A stretch of 40,000 bases of DNA from Bacillus phage vB_BspM_Internexus, in sequence record MW749003.1; one strand, given 5' to 3'. This document shows, piece after piece, positions 10,466 to 20,833 of the stretch. A model generated the notes under the pieces. The model was not told the DNA's origin and searched no databases. It saw only the letters and a list, made by a program, of their open reading frames with translations. Positions within the stretch are counted from its first letter, which is position 1, and every line of letters begins with the position of its first letter. The translations under genes were made by a program, and so were the position numbers.

Positions 10466-10575
10466 ATAAATAATGGAATATCATACGGTTTAACAGCCAA
10501 ATATGATATTCCATTTATTAAACAAATAATTAATTTCCACTAAACTATTATTATGAAAGGGGTAGAACATGAGAA

Positions 10576-11526
10576 ATGAAGAACAAGAGAGCAAAAAGAA
10601 CTCTAAATGTGTTCTCTGTTCTAGTATTTGCATTTTTATTATTACTCCTAATGGGAAGTAATTATGTCATCAATCTAGCTAATACTAGTTCTGAGAAAAT
10701 AAGCTCTGCTATAGAAAATCAGAACCGACAGCATGCTAGGAGTAATCTCTTATATTTTAATGATAAATTAACAAGGGATTACGAGAACGGTAAATTAGAT
10801 GTTACCAATCCAAAACAACTAGAGAAATGGGCTACTGATAATTTAAGAACAGTAAAATCAGATTCAACATTTAATAATTTTGCTGTAATTGAAGTTGAAT
10901 ATAGCAAAGCAAGTAAAGAGTATATTGGTAATTATATTTGGCGTGCATCTCCACAAAATATTGATAATGGTCTAGGATATATGACTACCTATGATATCAT
11001 TATTAATCAAGAGAAAGCCAGAGTCTTCTTTTCCAATAATAAAGATATTGGTGGGAAATATCCATTTATTTCTTATAATTTAATTAAGAATTCCTATAAA
11101 GGAAAGATCAGCGACTTAATTAAAGAAGAAATCATTAGATATAAAAATCCAGATGAAGTCCAAGATACCTTAAATGCTATGTATGAAGGATCAGTAAGTG
11201 GCAACAATGATAATTACACTTGGAAATATAATAATGGTAAAGAAAGCTTTATTGAATGGACAACAGTTCCTTTAGAATCTACTATTGGACTGAATGATGA
11301 ACCAAAAAATAAACGTGGATTAATAAATCCTAATTATAAAAGAATTATTATAGCATGTTCAGTTGATAAAGATTATGTTAACCAACCATTTAAGAAACAA
11401 ATAACAGATCTAGAACACTTTAAAGAGTGCGTTTTAATAGGAGTTAGTTTGTTTGTATTTCTCTCTATTGGTTTAATTCTCTATTTTACTTGGCTGATTT
11501 GCTACAATAATAACCACAAAAAATAA
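10576..11526 (+). CDS. membrane protein, hypothetical
   Basis: 316 aa, N-terminal TM (VFAFLLLLLMGSNYVINLA) and C-terminal TM (CVLIGVSLFVFLSIGLILYFTWLI). Confidence 0.75.
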   Translation: MKNKRAKRTLNVFSVLVFAFLLLLLMGSNYVINLANTSSEKISSAIENQNRQHARSNLLYFNDKLTRDYENGKLDVTNPKQLEKWATDNLRTVKSDSTFNNFAVIEVEYSKASKEYIGNYIWRASPQNIDNGLGYMTTYDIIINQEKARVFFSNNKDIGGKYPFISYNLIKNSYKGKISDLIKEEIIRYKNPDEVQDTLNAMYEGSVSGNNDNYTWKYNNGKESFIEWTTVPLESTIGLNDEPKNKRGLINPNYKRIIIACSVDKDYVNQPFKKQITDLEHFKECVLIGVSLFVFLSIGLILYFTWLICYNNNHKK

Positions 11527-11539
11527 AAGAAAAGGAGCA

Positions 11540-11950
11540 TTGATAACCATGCCTAACCATACTGATGACACAATTGTCAGAATCTTATGGGTGGTAGTGA
11601 TTAGCTTCTTTTCCGCATTCGCCAAGGAACTTAATGATCGTGCCAAAAACCCTAAAGAAACGTTTCTCTTATTTCTGAGTGAGGTTCTTCTAAACGGTGT
11701 TTGTGGTGCGATCACTGGAGTTCTAGCATTTAACCTCACGGATAATATCTATACAATATCTGCTATTTCCGCAATCGGAGGATTAATGGGAATGAACCTC
11801 ATCAAATACATTACTAAGCTTGGCATTGTTTATGTTGCGGCATTGAGAAATATAAACGTAGATGATCTTAGTAAAATTAATTTAGATGATGAAAAGCCTA
11901 GCGAAGAAGAAAAGAAAGAGAACACTACAGAAGAAAAAAGGGAATCCTAA
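11540..11950 (+). CDS. holin-like small membrane protein
   Basis: 136 aa with several hydrophobic segments and a charged tail; follows another membrane protein gene. Likely start is ATG 11549. Confidence 0.6.
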   Translation: MITMPNHTDDTIVRILWVVVISFFSAFAKELNDRAKNPKETFLLFLSEVLLNGVCGAITGVLAFNLTDNIYTISAISAIGGLMGMNLIKYITKLGIVYVAALRNINVDDLSKINLDDEKPSEEEKKENTTEEKRES

Positions 11951-12182
11951 GATAATTAAAGAAGAATAGTCTAATAACTCACTGTTCTTCTTTGAATTAT
12001 CATGGCATGAGTTATAATGCTTCTTTTATGTTTTAATTTTATTACTTTTGAGTTATTATTTTAATATAAGAATAAAATTATACTGTACAGTATAATTTTT
12101 CAATTGCATTTAATTGTCATTACCTTAAATGAAATATAAGAATATATTATTAATTTGTATATTTTATTAAGGAGGATATTAA

Positions 12183-12845
12183 ATGTCATATATTGAAATC
12201 GATAAAGAATTTTTTATTAATAATATTCAGCCAGAGTTTGAAACTGATTCAGAAATTAATATTCAGGGTAGATCTAAACTTAGATATGGTGCATCAATGT
12301 TAGAATTAAATCCAAATTCACTAGAATGGGATGACTTAGAAAAAATATATGACATTGCTCAGAATAAAGGCAATAGGTCTGTTATGATGCAAGTTTCAGC
12401 GATCAAGAATTTAATCTCTGACTTTGAAGGAGCTAAGATAGCTAATTTAAAAGCACTTGCAGTTGCACTACCTTCATACTTTAGTGATAATTTAATTGAC
12501 GGATGGATTTATTCTTTGGATAGAAAAAATAATCCAGTCACAGTTGATCCATACTTAATTACAGATATTCGCTACTATCCTCCTAAAAAGGATGATCCAG
12601 CGTCTGTTTCTATTAGATTAGTTGCTAATTCACCTCGTCAAAGTAGCCGCGATAAACGTTATACACGTAGTATCTATTTTGATAGTAGTGATATCAGAGG
12701 GAAAACAATTCCTCAAATACTGGCAAAAGAGAATCTGTTTCATGAAACAGAGGAACTAAAAAATATCTATCTAGAACAATTAGAATTATTTAATAAATAT
12801 CAACCTCAAAAAACGAAGCAATGGTTATATAGACATAGCAACTAA
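12183..12845 (+). CDS. hypothetical protein, possibly N-terminal part of the AAA+ protein
   Basis: 220-aa ORF; overlaps open frame of the AAA+ ORF at 12784-12845 in a +1 relation. Confidence 0.7.
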   Translation: MSYIEIDKEFFINNIQPEFETDSEINIQGRSKLRYGASMLELNPNSLEWDDLEKIYDIAQNKGNRSVMMQVSAIKNLISDFEGAKIANLKALAVALPSYFSDNLIDGWIYSLDRKNNPVTVDPYLITDIRYYPPKKDDPASVSIRLVANSPRQSSRDKRYTRSIYFDSSDIRGKTIPQILAKENLFHETEELKNIYLEQLELFNKYQPQKTKQWLYRHSN

Positions 12846-12930
12846 AAATAGATTTATCAATGATGAAGGAATAATTAAACGAGTTTTTAATGAAGAGTAT
12901 GATCCTTATTACTGGAGAAACGAAGCAGGA

Positions 12931-13758
12931 GTGGACAAAAAATTTGATAGAATTCCACAACATTGCTATATTTTTGGTTTTAACTTAGATACACATAAAT
13001 ATACATGGGTACATGCTACTAATATGAAACCATATGAATACGACACTGGTCTAAGAGATAAGCTAATACTCCCTCAACGACATAAGGATTTAATTGACAT
13101 TCTAGTAAGTGATCTTGATATTCTTAAAGAAGATATAATTGAAGGTAAATCTGGTGGAACTACTATATTAGCTACAGGCAAACCGGGACTTGGTAAGACT
13201 CTTTCAGCAGAAATTTATTCTGAAGCAATTGAAAAACCACTATATAAAGTTCATTCAGGGCAATTAGGATTGAGCTCAAAAGATGTTCAAGAAAATCTAG
13301 AAGTAATATTAAAGAGAGCTTCACGTTGGGGAGCAATTGTATTATTAGATGAAGCTGATGTTTTTATTAGAGAAAGAGGAAATGATTTGCAACAAAATGC
13401 TGTCGTTGCAAGCTTCTTAAGAACACTGGAATACTTTGATGGTATTTTATTTATGACAACTAACAGGGAATTTGATGTAGATGATGCTATTAAATCAAGA
13501 TGTATTGCTGTTATTAGATATGAAACACCTTCTGAAGAAGATGCTAAAAAAATATGGAAAGTATTATCTACTCAATTAGAAGTAAACCTTAGTGATGAAT
13601 TAATTGATCAGTTAGTGCTTAAGTTCCCAGAAGCATCAGGACGTGATATTAAAGAACTATTAAAACTTACATCAAGATTTGCCAAAGGAAAAAATGAAGA
13701 AATCTCATTAGAACTGTTTAGACAGTGTGCTCAATTTAGAGCTATTAAAATCAAATAG
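12931..13758 (+). CDS. AAA+ family ATPase
   Basis: Walker A GKPGLGKT, Walker B AIVLLDEADVF, sensor FMTTNREFDVDDAIKSR. Frame is open back to 12784 but has no ATG; listed GTG start has poor RBS spacing. Confidence 0.85.
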   Translation: MDKKFDRIPQHCYIFGFNLDTHKYTWVHATNMKPYEYDTGLRDKLILPQRHKDLIDILVSDLDILKEDIIEGKSGGTTILATGKPGLGKTLSAEIYSEAIEKPLYKVHSGQLGLSSKDVQENLEVILKRASRWGAIVLLDEADVFIRERGNDLQQNAVVASFLRTLEYFDGILFMTTNREFDVDDAIKSRCIAVIRYETPSEEDAKKIWKVLSTQLEVNLSDELIDQLVLKFPEASGRDIKELLKLTSRFAKGKNEEISLELFRQCAQFRAIKIK

Positions 13759-13766
13759 AAGGAGTT

Positions 13767-14105
13767 ATGATAATGGGTAATATTCTTACTGAAATAAAAG
13801 CATTTGATACTAATTATATACAAAAAGGTGATGCTATTAAAATTATTTCACCTGAAATTTTCTCTAAATTAGGTGTTAATAATAGGAATGCGATAATTTC
13901 CGAAATTAAAGATAATGGTCAGGAGCTGGTGTGCTTTTTTGTATCTGATACGTATGTAAATACTTCTCCTTTTGGTGTTATCTTTAATGGTGATAATTAC
14001 AAAATTTTATCAATTAGAATAAATGTTAAAGATGTAGTCAATAATATGATTATGGTTGAAAAATTAATTCCTGAAGAAGTTTCACAATCAAGTGAGATTT
14101 TATAA
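13767..14105 (+). CDS. hypothetical protein
   Basis: 112-aa ORF, RBS gaaggag, true start possibly ATG 13770/13773. Confidence 0.65.
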   Translation: MIMGNILTEIKAFDTNYIQKGDAIKIISPEIFSKLGVNNRNAIISEIKDNGQELVCFFVSDTYVNTSPFGVIFNGDNYKILSIRINVKDVVNNMIMVEKLIPEEVSQSSEIL

Positions 14106-14173
14106 TATAAATAAAGAATGAAATAGCTAATAATGCTATTTCATTCTTTAAATAACTTTAAAGGAGTAACATA

Positions 14174-14632
14174 ATGGAAAATTTATGGGAAATGAATGAT
14201 GAAATAGAAACTTTAAAAGATTCAGATAATAATGAATATCTCTATCATATTACTGATAAAAACAATTTAGAAAAAATAATGAAAGATGGGCTTGATCCAA
14301 CATCTAAAAAAGTAACAATAAATGAACAGAATCTAATTTATCTTACATCAGACTATAATTTTATAATCGAAAATGATGATGAATTTTGGAGGAATAATTT
14401 AGTATTATTAAAAGTAATTATTAATGGAATTAAAGATAATTTAGAACCAGATTATGAGTATGATGTAGGTTTAGACATTAATGGTAATCCCCACCCAATT
14501 AAAGCTGTAACTTATGATAAAAAGATTGATTCTAAGAGAATTTCAATTATTGGGGAACTTGAATTATACCCATTAGAAAATGTACCTTTTCCTATGTATC
14601 ATGGAAAAATCAAAAATAAAGGGGATATGTAA
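14174..14632 (+). CDS. ADP-ribosyltransferase-like (DarT/DUF4433/KptA-type fold) protein, tentative
   Basis: YLYHITDKNNLEKIMKDGLDPTSKK...NLIYLTSD resembles the N-terminal ART-fold YHxT...NLxxIxxxGLxP...YLT signature. Confidence 0.45.
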   Translation: MENLWEMNDEIETLKDSDNNEYLYHITDKNNLEKIMKDGLDPTSKKVTINEQNLIYLTSDYNFIIENDDEFWRNNLVLLKVIINGIKDNLEPDYEYDVGLDINGNPHPIKAVTYDKKIDSKRISIIGELELYPLENVPFPMYHGKIKNKGDM

Positions 14633-14633
14633 A

Positions 14634-14888
14634 ATGGCAAATAACTACACAGGTTACACAAGTGAATTTGGTTTGTTATTATATTCAAATAAAAAATATA
14701 ATAGAAAAAATGTATTTAAAAGATTAAGATGTAAACATGATGTAATTACAAAAGATAGATGGGTAGAAGCAGGTTTCTACCCAACAGATTATAGTATTTA
14801 TTATTGTGAAAAATGTGGAAAAATCAAAAATATTAAAAAATGGAGTGGTGAAAAGAGAAAATTAAAATTTGGTAGAATAAGAAGATAA
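14634..14888 (+). CDS. small putative zinc-finger protein
   Basis: ORF track starts 14580; ATG at 14634 (MANNYTGYTSEF) is preferred. RLRCKHDVITKDRWVEAG...YYCEKCGKIKNIKKW. Confidence 0.6.
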   Translation: MANNYTGYTSEFGLLLYSNKKYNRKNVFKRLRCKHDVITKDRWVEAGFYPTDYSIYYCEKCGKIKNIKKWSGEKRKLKFGRIRR

Positions 14889-14997
14889 AATAAAATATAT
14901 TTCTCCTTCTTATGTATTCTCTTTTTAATAGAAAAAATTTAGAGAATTCCTAACAAGTAATTGAAAATCTTGTTATACATGAGAGGGGAAATTCTTA

Positions 14998-16263
14998 ATG
15001 TCAATCTTAACTGAAACAATGCGTAAAATTATTAGTAAAGAAAAAATTGGTGAAGAAAATACTTATACTCCTTCCTATAGGACTGGAATTGATCTTTTTG
15101 ACTATCGTAATGGTCGTAGAGAGAGTGGAACTAAAAAAATTGGTGTTGACGGTGGAAAGGTTCTTACAGTTGTAGGTAAATCAGGTACAGGTAAATCAAC
15201 TCTTGCTATTGAATTTGCTAGTAGTATTGTTGAACCATATAAAGAAGGTCAAGTCTATCATTTAGATTTTGAACGAGCATCGACTCTGTCTCGTATTCAA
15301 ACTATCACTGGTTGGTCAGATGAGAAGATTAAAGAAAAATGGATTCTATTGAATCGTGGTATTTATAGTGAAAGTTTATATCAATTGGTTAAATCACTAT
15401 CTAAAATTAAACTTGAAAAATTTGAAGAATTAGCTTTGGATACAAATGAAGTTGATTTGCATGGTAATGATGTAAGAGTTCTTCCTCCAACAGTTATTCT
15501 TCTTGATTCTTGGGCTACTCAGATGCCTCAAAGTATTTCTGAAGAAGAAAAACTATCAGGTTCCATGTCAGCAACATCTATTGCTAAGACAAATAATGCT
15601 ATTATTAAACGTATTATGGGTGATCTTGAACAAGCAAATATTATCCTGATTATTATTAACCATATTACTCAAAAAATTGAAATTAACCCAATGGCTAAAA
15701 CACAAGCTCAAGTTAACTATTTCAAACAAGATGAATCTATTCCAGGGGGAACTTCTTGTATCTATCTTGCTAATACTCTTTTAAAACTTGTTTCTTCAAG
15801 TAAACTAGAGCCAGATAAAGAGTTTGGAATTAAAGGATTTAAAGTAAATGGTGAGTTAATTAAATCACGCTCTAATAGTGCTGGAAATAAATTTGAGATG
15901 GTATTTGACCAAGAAAAAGGTTTTGATAATGTTCTTACTAACTATTTACTACTAAAATCTAATGGTGTTATTGGTGGCGCAGGTAGAGGATTCTATCTCA
16001 ATACTCTTCCAGATGTAAAGTTTTCTCAAAAAACAGTTAAAGAAAAGTATGAAACTTTACCAGAATTTAAAGCTGAATTTGATCGTTTAGTTGAAGAGAT
16101 TATGGATGAATTCCTATCCGGTATTGATCTCTCAGAAGATAATGATAATCTTACATTGGAAGAAAACATTGAAGGTAACATTTGGAGAGCTAGTGACGGT
16201 CAATATTATAAATTTGATGATGAAACTGAGGAAGTTGAATTAATTGAAAATTATGGAAAATAA
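14998..16263 (+). CDS. recA: RecA-like recombinase
   Basis: Walker A GKSGTGKST, LILIIINHITQK, substrate-loop-like ...YFKQDESIPGGTS; 421 aa; strong RBS gagaggggaaa. Confidence 0.88.
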   Translation: MSILTETMRKIISKEKIGEENTYTPSYRTGIDLFDYRNGRRESGTKKIGVDGGKVLTVVGKSGTGKSTLAIEFASSIVEPYKEGQVYHLDFERASTLSRIQTITGWSDEKIKEKWILLNRGIYSESLYQLVKSLSKIKLEKFEELALDTNEVDLHGNDVRVLPPTVILLDSWATQMPQSISEEEKLSGSMSATSIAKTNNAIIKRIMGDLEQANIILIIINHITQKIEINPMAKTQAQVNYFKQDESIPGGTSCIYLANTLLKLVSSSKLEPDKEFGIKGFKVNGELIKSRSNSAGNKFEMVFDQEKGFDNVLTNYLLLKSNGVIGGAGRGFYLNTLPDVKFSQKTVKEKYETLPEFKAEFDRLVEEIMDEFLSGIDLSEDNDNLTLEENIEGNIWRASDGQYYKFDDETEEVELIENYGK

Positions 16264-16395
16264 TCTCAAGATGAGAATAGTGTAATTTACACTATTCTCA
16301 TTATCTTTTTCCAATTTATTTTTTAGATATATATTATAAAAAAGAATTCCCATTGTCTAAAGGGAATGAAAAGTCTATATCAGACAAATAAAAAT

Positions 16396-16424
16396 TTGCT
16401 TTTTGTTGGAAAATATGTTATAAT
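16396..16424 (+). promoter_or_regulatory. host sigma-A-like promoter candidate
   Basis: TTGCTT (16396-16401), 17-nt spacer, TATAAT (16419-16424), shortly before RBS aaaggagg. Confidence 0.5.
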
Positions 16425-16442
16425 AAAAGGAGGAAAACTTAA

Positions 16443-16688
16443 ATGAAAGTTGTAAAAAGTATAGTGAATGTAGCAATTCAACCAGAAAGTGTAGATTATA
16501 TGAATAATTTATTTTCTTGTTATACAGAAGAAAATGATGTTCCACATCGTTTAACTATTAATAATCCAGTTATTCATATGTATCCAAAAGAAGATACATA
16601 TGGTGAAGATGGAAAATTATATGGTTTTATTGATGCATTGAGATTCACAGCAGATATCTATGACCCCAGAGAAGAAAATAGTTTATAG
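16443..16688 (+). CDS. small hypothetical protein
   Basis: 81-aa ORF with RBS aaaaggagg. Confidence 0.65.
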   Translation: MKVVKSIVNVAIQPESVDYMNNLFSCYTEENDVPHRLTINNPVIHMYPKEDTYGEDGKLYGFIDALRFTADIYDPREENSL

Positions 16689-16836
16689 GGATAATCGGTT
16701 AAGAGATGTTATCAAAACAAATGATAGTAAAATTAAAAATATTTCTTACTTCAAAGATCTTAGTACTATGATATCCTTTGATGGTAAACATATATTGCTT
16801 CCAAATTATATAGAATTATTGGTGGAAAAAATATAA
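16660..16836 (+). CDS. small hypothetical protein overlapping upstream ORF
   Basis: Not in ORF track: MTPEKKIVYRDNRLRDVIKTNDSKIKNISYFKDLSTMISFDGKHILLPNYIELLVEKI. Confidence 0.45.
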   Translation: MTPEKKIVYRDNRLRDVIKTNDSKIKNISYFKDLSTMISFDGKHILLPNYIELLVEKI

Positions 16837-16854
16837 ACATAGGAGATATTTATC

Positions 16855-17007
16855 ATGTTAATACAACCAGTTAGTCCAATCATACCTATTTATAATAATA
16901 ACTTAAAAGATAAATTCTTAAAAAATAAAAAAAATGAGAAACAAAAGAATGATTTAATATTTAAAGATATCTTAGAGAAATATATTAAAAAAGGGGTATT
17001 ATTATGA
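16855..17007 (+). CDS. small hypothetical protein (50 aa)
   Basis: MLIQPVSPIIPIYNNNLKDKF...YIKKGVLL; RBS aggagat; stop TGA overlaps next start (ATGA). Confidence 0.45.
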   Translation: MLIQPVSPIIPIYNNNLKDKFLKNKKNEKQKNDLIFKDILEKYIKKGVLL

Positions 17008-17456
17008 AACTAGAAAAATTTAAAATACCAAGAGTTGGAATGTTATATGAATATGCAAGATTTGATAGAAATAATAGTAATAAAAAATATAGTGAGATAA
17101 AATTAGTTAATACTTTATATAAAACAGATAATGAAATTTTAAAGGATATACCTTTTGAAGAGCTAGGTTTTAAAGGTAGTTATTATAATTGCGAGATTGC
17201 TGAGTATTTAGACTCTTATGATTTTTCTATGTTTAAAAATATATTTAATTATGATGAAGAGACAGTTAATTATATTAAAGAAGTTGGAAAAGGATATAAT
17301 GAATTTATTGTAATAAATGATTTAAGAGATGAGTTTATTTTTGTTAAATATTGTGAAGTTCTTATAGTAGGTGACTGCGCTTATCCACTTCCTACAGACA
17401 ATTGTTATTGGTTAGGTGGCGCTAAAGTAGTAGATTGTCCTTCAGAGGACTATTAA
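17004..17456 (+). CDS. hypothetical protein
   Basis: 150-aa ORF. Confidence 0.7.
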   Translation: MKLEKFKIPRVGMLYEYARFDRNNSNKKYSEIKLVNTLYKTDNEILKDIPFEELGFKGSYYNCEIAEYLDSYDFSMFKNIFNYDEETVNYIKEVGKGYNEFIVINDLRDEFIFVKYCEVLIVGDCAYPLPTDNCYWLGGAKVVDCPSEDY

Positions 17457-17485
17457 TTAGATACATACAACTAGGAGGAATATAA

Positions 17486-20400
17486 ATGGATGACATCAGT
17501 GTAATTAAGAATGAAGATTATGAAGGTTCACATAGATTTTTAGCAGAGGAATTACTAATGCCTAATGCAAATAAAACAGATGGTAATAGATCTACAATGT
17601 TCTGCTCTCACTTAGCACAGGCAGTAACTCTACAAAAGGCTGAACCGCCATTAGTCTATACTAACTTTGAGAATCAAGTTGGAAAGTATTCAACTGCAGG
17701 TTATAGAAAGGCTAATAGTAATTATAAGGTTATTGAAAAAATTTATAAGAATGATTATAATTATGTACTTATTGTACAAGATCAGGAAACTGGGGAATAT
17801 ACACTATTTGAAAGAGCTGAATGTGAGTTTTTAACTGAACATTATGGTTTTCAATGGGATAATGATAAAATTGATTCATTAAAGAAAGATGATACAATTG
17901 AAAAAGATACTGTATTATATAAGAATACCTGTTATGATGAAAATATGAATTTTGGTTATGGTGTTAATTTAAATGCTGCATATTTTAGTTATAAGAATGA
18001 AACATTAGAGGATGCTATTGTAATCTCTGAAAGTGCCGCTAAAAAGCTAGGAACATATAGTGTTAACAAAGTAAAAGTATCTGTCAATACAAATGATATC
18101 TTGCTTAACCTATATGGTGATAATGAGAACTATAAAGGATTCCCAGATATTGGAGAACATATTAAAAATCAGATTATTGCTAGCCGTAGAAGATTTGATT
18201 ATAACACTGCATTATATGAATTAAAGAATCTAAATGAAATGAGAGATTCAGATACTCCATTCTTTGCTGATGGTAAGATTGTAGATATTGAAATTTTCTC
18301 TAATGTACCTGAAGAAGAATTAAAAGTACAGAAGTATAATGAACAAGTTCTATACTATATTAATAAACAAAAAGAATTTTCTAATAATGTTTATCAAAAA
18401 CTTAAAAAGATTGTAGAAGATAAAGATAGTAACATTTCAGACAAGCTATTGCACTTCTATAATAATTGTAAAATGAGAATTGATGAAAATATTTCTTACA
18501 CTTATCAGAATAGTAAGTTTAGTGGTTTTATTATGGAATTCACAATTTTAGAGGAAGAACCATTAAATAAAGGAAGTAAGATTACAGGTAGATATGGTAA
18601 TAAAGGTGTAATTAGTAAAATACTCCCTGATGATCAAATGCCTACTGTGGCTGAAGGACGTTTTAAAGGACTCAAGGCAGACATTTGTCTTAATCCTCTT
18701 GGTGTATTTAATCGTTTAAATTTAGGCGATTTAAAACTCTCTTAATTGCTGGAAACTCCTTAGAGCTTATTAGACCACAACGTAATCGGTGACGATAAGC
18801 GTGAAGGTTTGAAAACTAATAAGATTGGACAATCAGCAGTTATTAGGCTTAATTTTTAAAAATCCTCCACAATTAAATGAACAAATAAATATGAATTATT
18901 CATTTTAGGGGGGATTTTATGAAAAGAAAAATTTATAATGAGGATATTATTTCTAAAGAAGTTAGTATAATTAATCCTGAATATGAATATGTTAAATTAA
19001 TAAAACTAAAAGGTGTTCATTCAAAAATATTGATCAATCATAAAACATGTGGTAGAAATATTGAAATTATTTTCAATAACTTTAAAAATGGTAGAATCTG
19101 TAAATATTGTAGTAAGAATTGTATAGATGAGAAATCTTTTAGAGAATTAGTCAAAGAAGATACCGACTATATTTTTGAATCATTTATTTCAATGAATAAA
19201 AAAATGACTGTAACACATAAAAAATGCAGATATGTCTATGAAGTAAGACCATCAGATTTTGTCTATAATAAACATAGGTGTCCAAATTGTTCCAATCGTA
19301 TAGCATATACTGAAAAAACTTTAAGTAAAAAAATAAAAAGCATTGATTCAGAATATGAGATGATAGAAACAATTGATGGCTCTGGAGTAAGATCAAAAAT
19401 AAAATTAAATCATAAGAAATGCAATAAATCCTTTCAACTTATTGCAAGAAACTTTTTGATTAATAATCAAAGATGTCCATATTGTTATAGTAAAAGGATG
19501 TTTAATCCGTCATTTGATTCTAAAGGAATTAAAAAGATAAAAGAATGGCTGGATAAAGAAGGATTTAAATATGAAACTGAAAAAACTTATGATGATTTGA
19601 TTTCTCCATTCTCAAATAAGAAATTAAGATTTGATATTTTTCTACCACATTTAAATACACTGATTGAATTTGATGGAAAATTCCATTTCAAGTATAGTAA
19701 CTCTAGTAAAATATTCTCCAAAGAAAATTTAGAAAAAACTAAAATTAGAGATGAAGTCAAGAATCAATATTGTAAAGAAAATAATATAACACTTTTAAGG
19801 ATTAGTTATACTGATAATATTCATTATAAATTAGATAAACATTTTAAGTCTAATAATTCAACGACTATCGAAACCACTCTAGCAGATCATAGTTAGAAGG
19901 AAGGGAGTAGAGTACAGCCAAGCGGTAGAGGTATTCCGTAATAAGGTTATAATTCCTCTTTAAATGGAAACAGAGAGTTAATGAAGATATAGTCTCATCT
20001 CTATAGAGATATAGAGCAGTTCATAAGAGAACGGCATGAAAGTAGCGACTTCATGTGAAGACAATGTGAATCCAAGTCAGTTAATAGAACAAGAATTAAA
20101 CTGGATTGCTAAATTCATTAGAAAAGATATGGAAGAAGCAGGAAGTAATGAAGAAAAAGTTAGCATCTTACTTGATTTCTTAAATAGAGTGAATAAAGAA
20201 GAAACTGAATTAATGGAAGAATTCATTAATAGTCTAAATAAAACAGAATTAGAAGAGTTTCTAAATGATATTATTGAAAATGGAATTCCTATCTGTCAAA
20301 AGCCATTCTTCGGTAATATTGGTTTAGATGAACTTTGGGAATTATATGATCATTATAACCATATTGATTACTTTAAATGTGAGGGAATTAGTACTCCTTT

Positions 20401-20833
20401 AATTATTGGAGAAATTTATATGGTTAGATTAAAACATGAGCCACATTCTAAATTTAGTGCTCGTAGTACATCATTTATGAACCTAAGAGGTCTACCAGCT
20501 AAATCTAAGAATTTTAAAGAGCATAAAGATTTATATTCAAAAACACCTGTACGTATTGGTAATATGGAGATTTCTAACTTAAGTCTTACTAATGAAATGG
20601 GTTCTATTATGGATATGCTAAATTCATACTCTAATAATGAGACTAATAGAAGAGAACTTATTATGCAATTATTAACTGGAAATCCATTTGATACCAATAT
20701 TGATCTTTCAGATGTAGAGTCAGGTACAAGTAAGATTCTTAAATCTTTATTCACATGTCTCGGTCTTTCTATTGATGATGTAGAAGAAGAATGGGAAAAT
20801 AAACTAAATGGAAAAGTAGAGGATGAAAAATAA
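17486..20833 (+). CDS. DNA-directed RNA polymerase beta subunit, C-terminal half; spliced join(17486..18722,20067..20833), predicted 667 aa
   Basis: GNRSTMFCSHLAQAVTLQKAEPPLVYTNFE (rifampicin-region-like), LNKGSKITGRYGNKGVISKI, KADICLNPLGVFNRLNL|NPSQLIEQELN, GEIYMVRLKHEPHSKFSARSTS. Confidence 0.93.
18723..20066 (+). ncRNA. group I intron in RNAP beta-C gene, with endonuclease ORF (1344 nt)
   Basis: P1 UUUAAAUU|taggcGAUUUAAA with U.G; P ttaattgctggaaactcc; Q gacaatcagcagt; R ttcaacgactatcg; S aagatatagtctc; terminal G 20066. Confidence 0.93.
18919..19896 (+). CDS. intron-encoded homing endonuclease, EDxHD-like
   Basis: Zn-finger-like repeats (INHKTCGRNIEIIFNNFKNGRICKYC..., THKKCRYVYEVRPSDFVYNKHRCPNC, NHKKCNKSFQLIARNFLINNQRCPYC) and LRFDIFLPHLNTLIEFDGKFHF...IRDEVKNQYCKENNITLLRISY. 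Confidence 0.88.
   Translation: MKRKIYNEDIISKEVSIINPEYEYVKLIKLKGVHSKILINHKTCGRNIEIIFNNFKNGRICKYCSKNCIDEKSFRELVKEDTDYIFESFISMNKKMTVTHKKCRYVYEVRPSDFVYNKHRCPNCSNRIAYTEKTLSKKIKSIDSEYEMIETIDGSGVRSKIKLNHKKCNKSFQLIARNFLINNQRCPYCYSKRMFNPSFDSKGIKKIKEWLDKEGFKYETEKTYDDLISPFSNKKLRFDIFLPHLNTLIEFDGKFHFKYSNSSKIFSKENLEKTKIRDEVKNQYCKENNITLLRISYTDNIHYKLDKHFKSNNSTTIETTLADHS

Noticed and set aside
14998-16263. Intron in the recA-like gene (known for some Bacillus phages)
   Set aside because: ORF is continuous with intact Walker motifs and no P/Q/R/S elements.
16660-16700. Programmed frameshift between ORF 16443..16688 and the following frame
   Set aside because: An in-frame ATG at 16660 gives a simple overlapping gene, so a frameshift is not needed.
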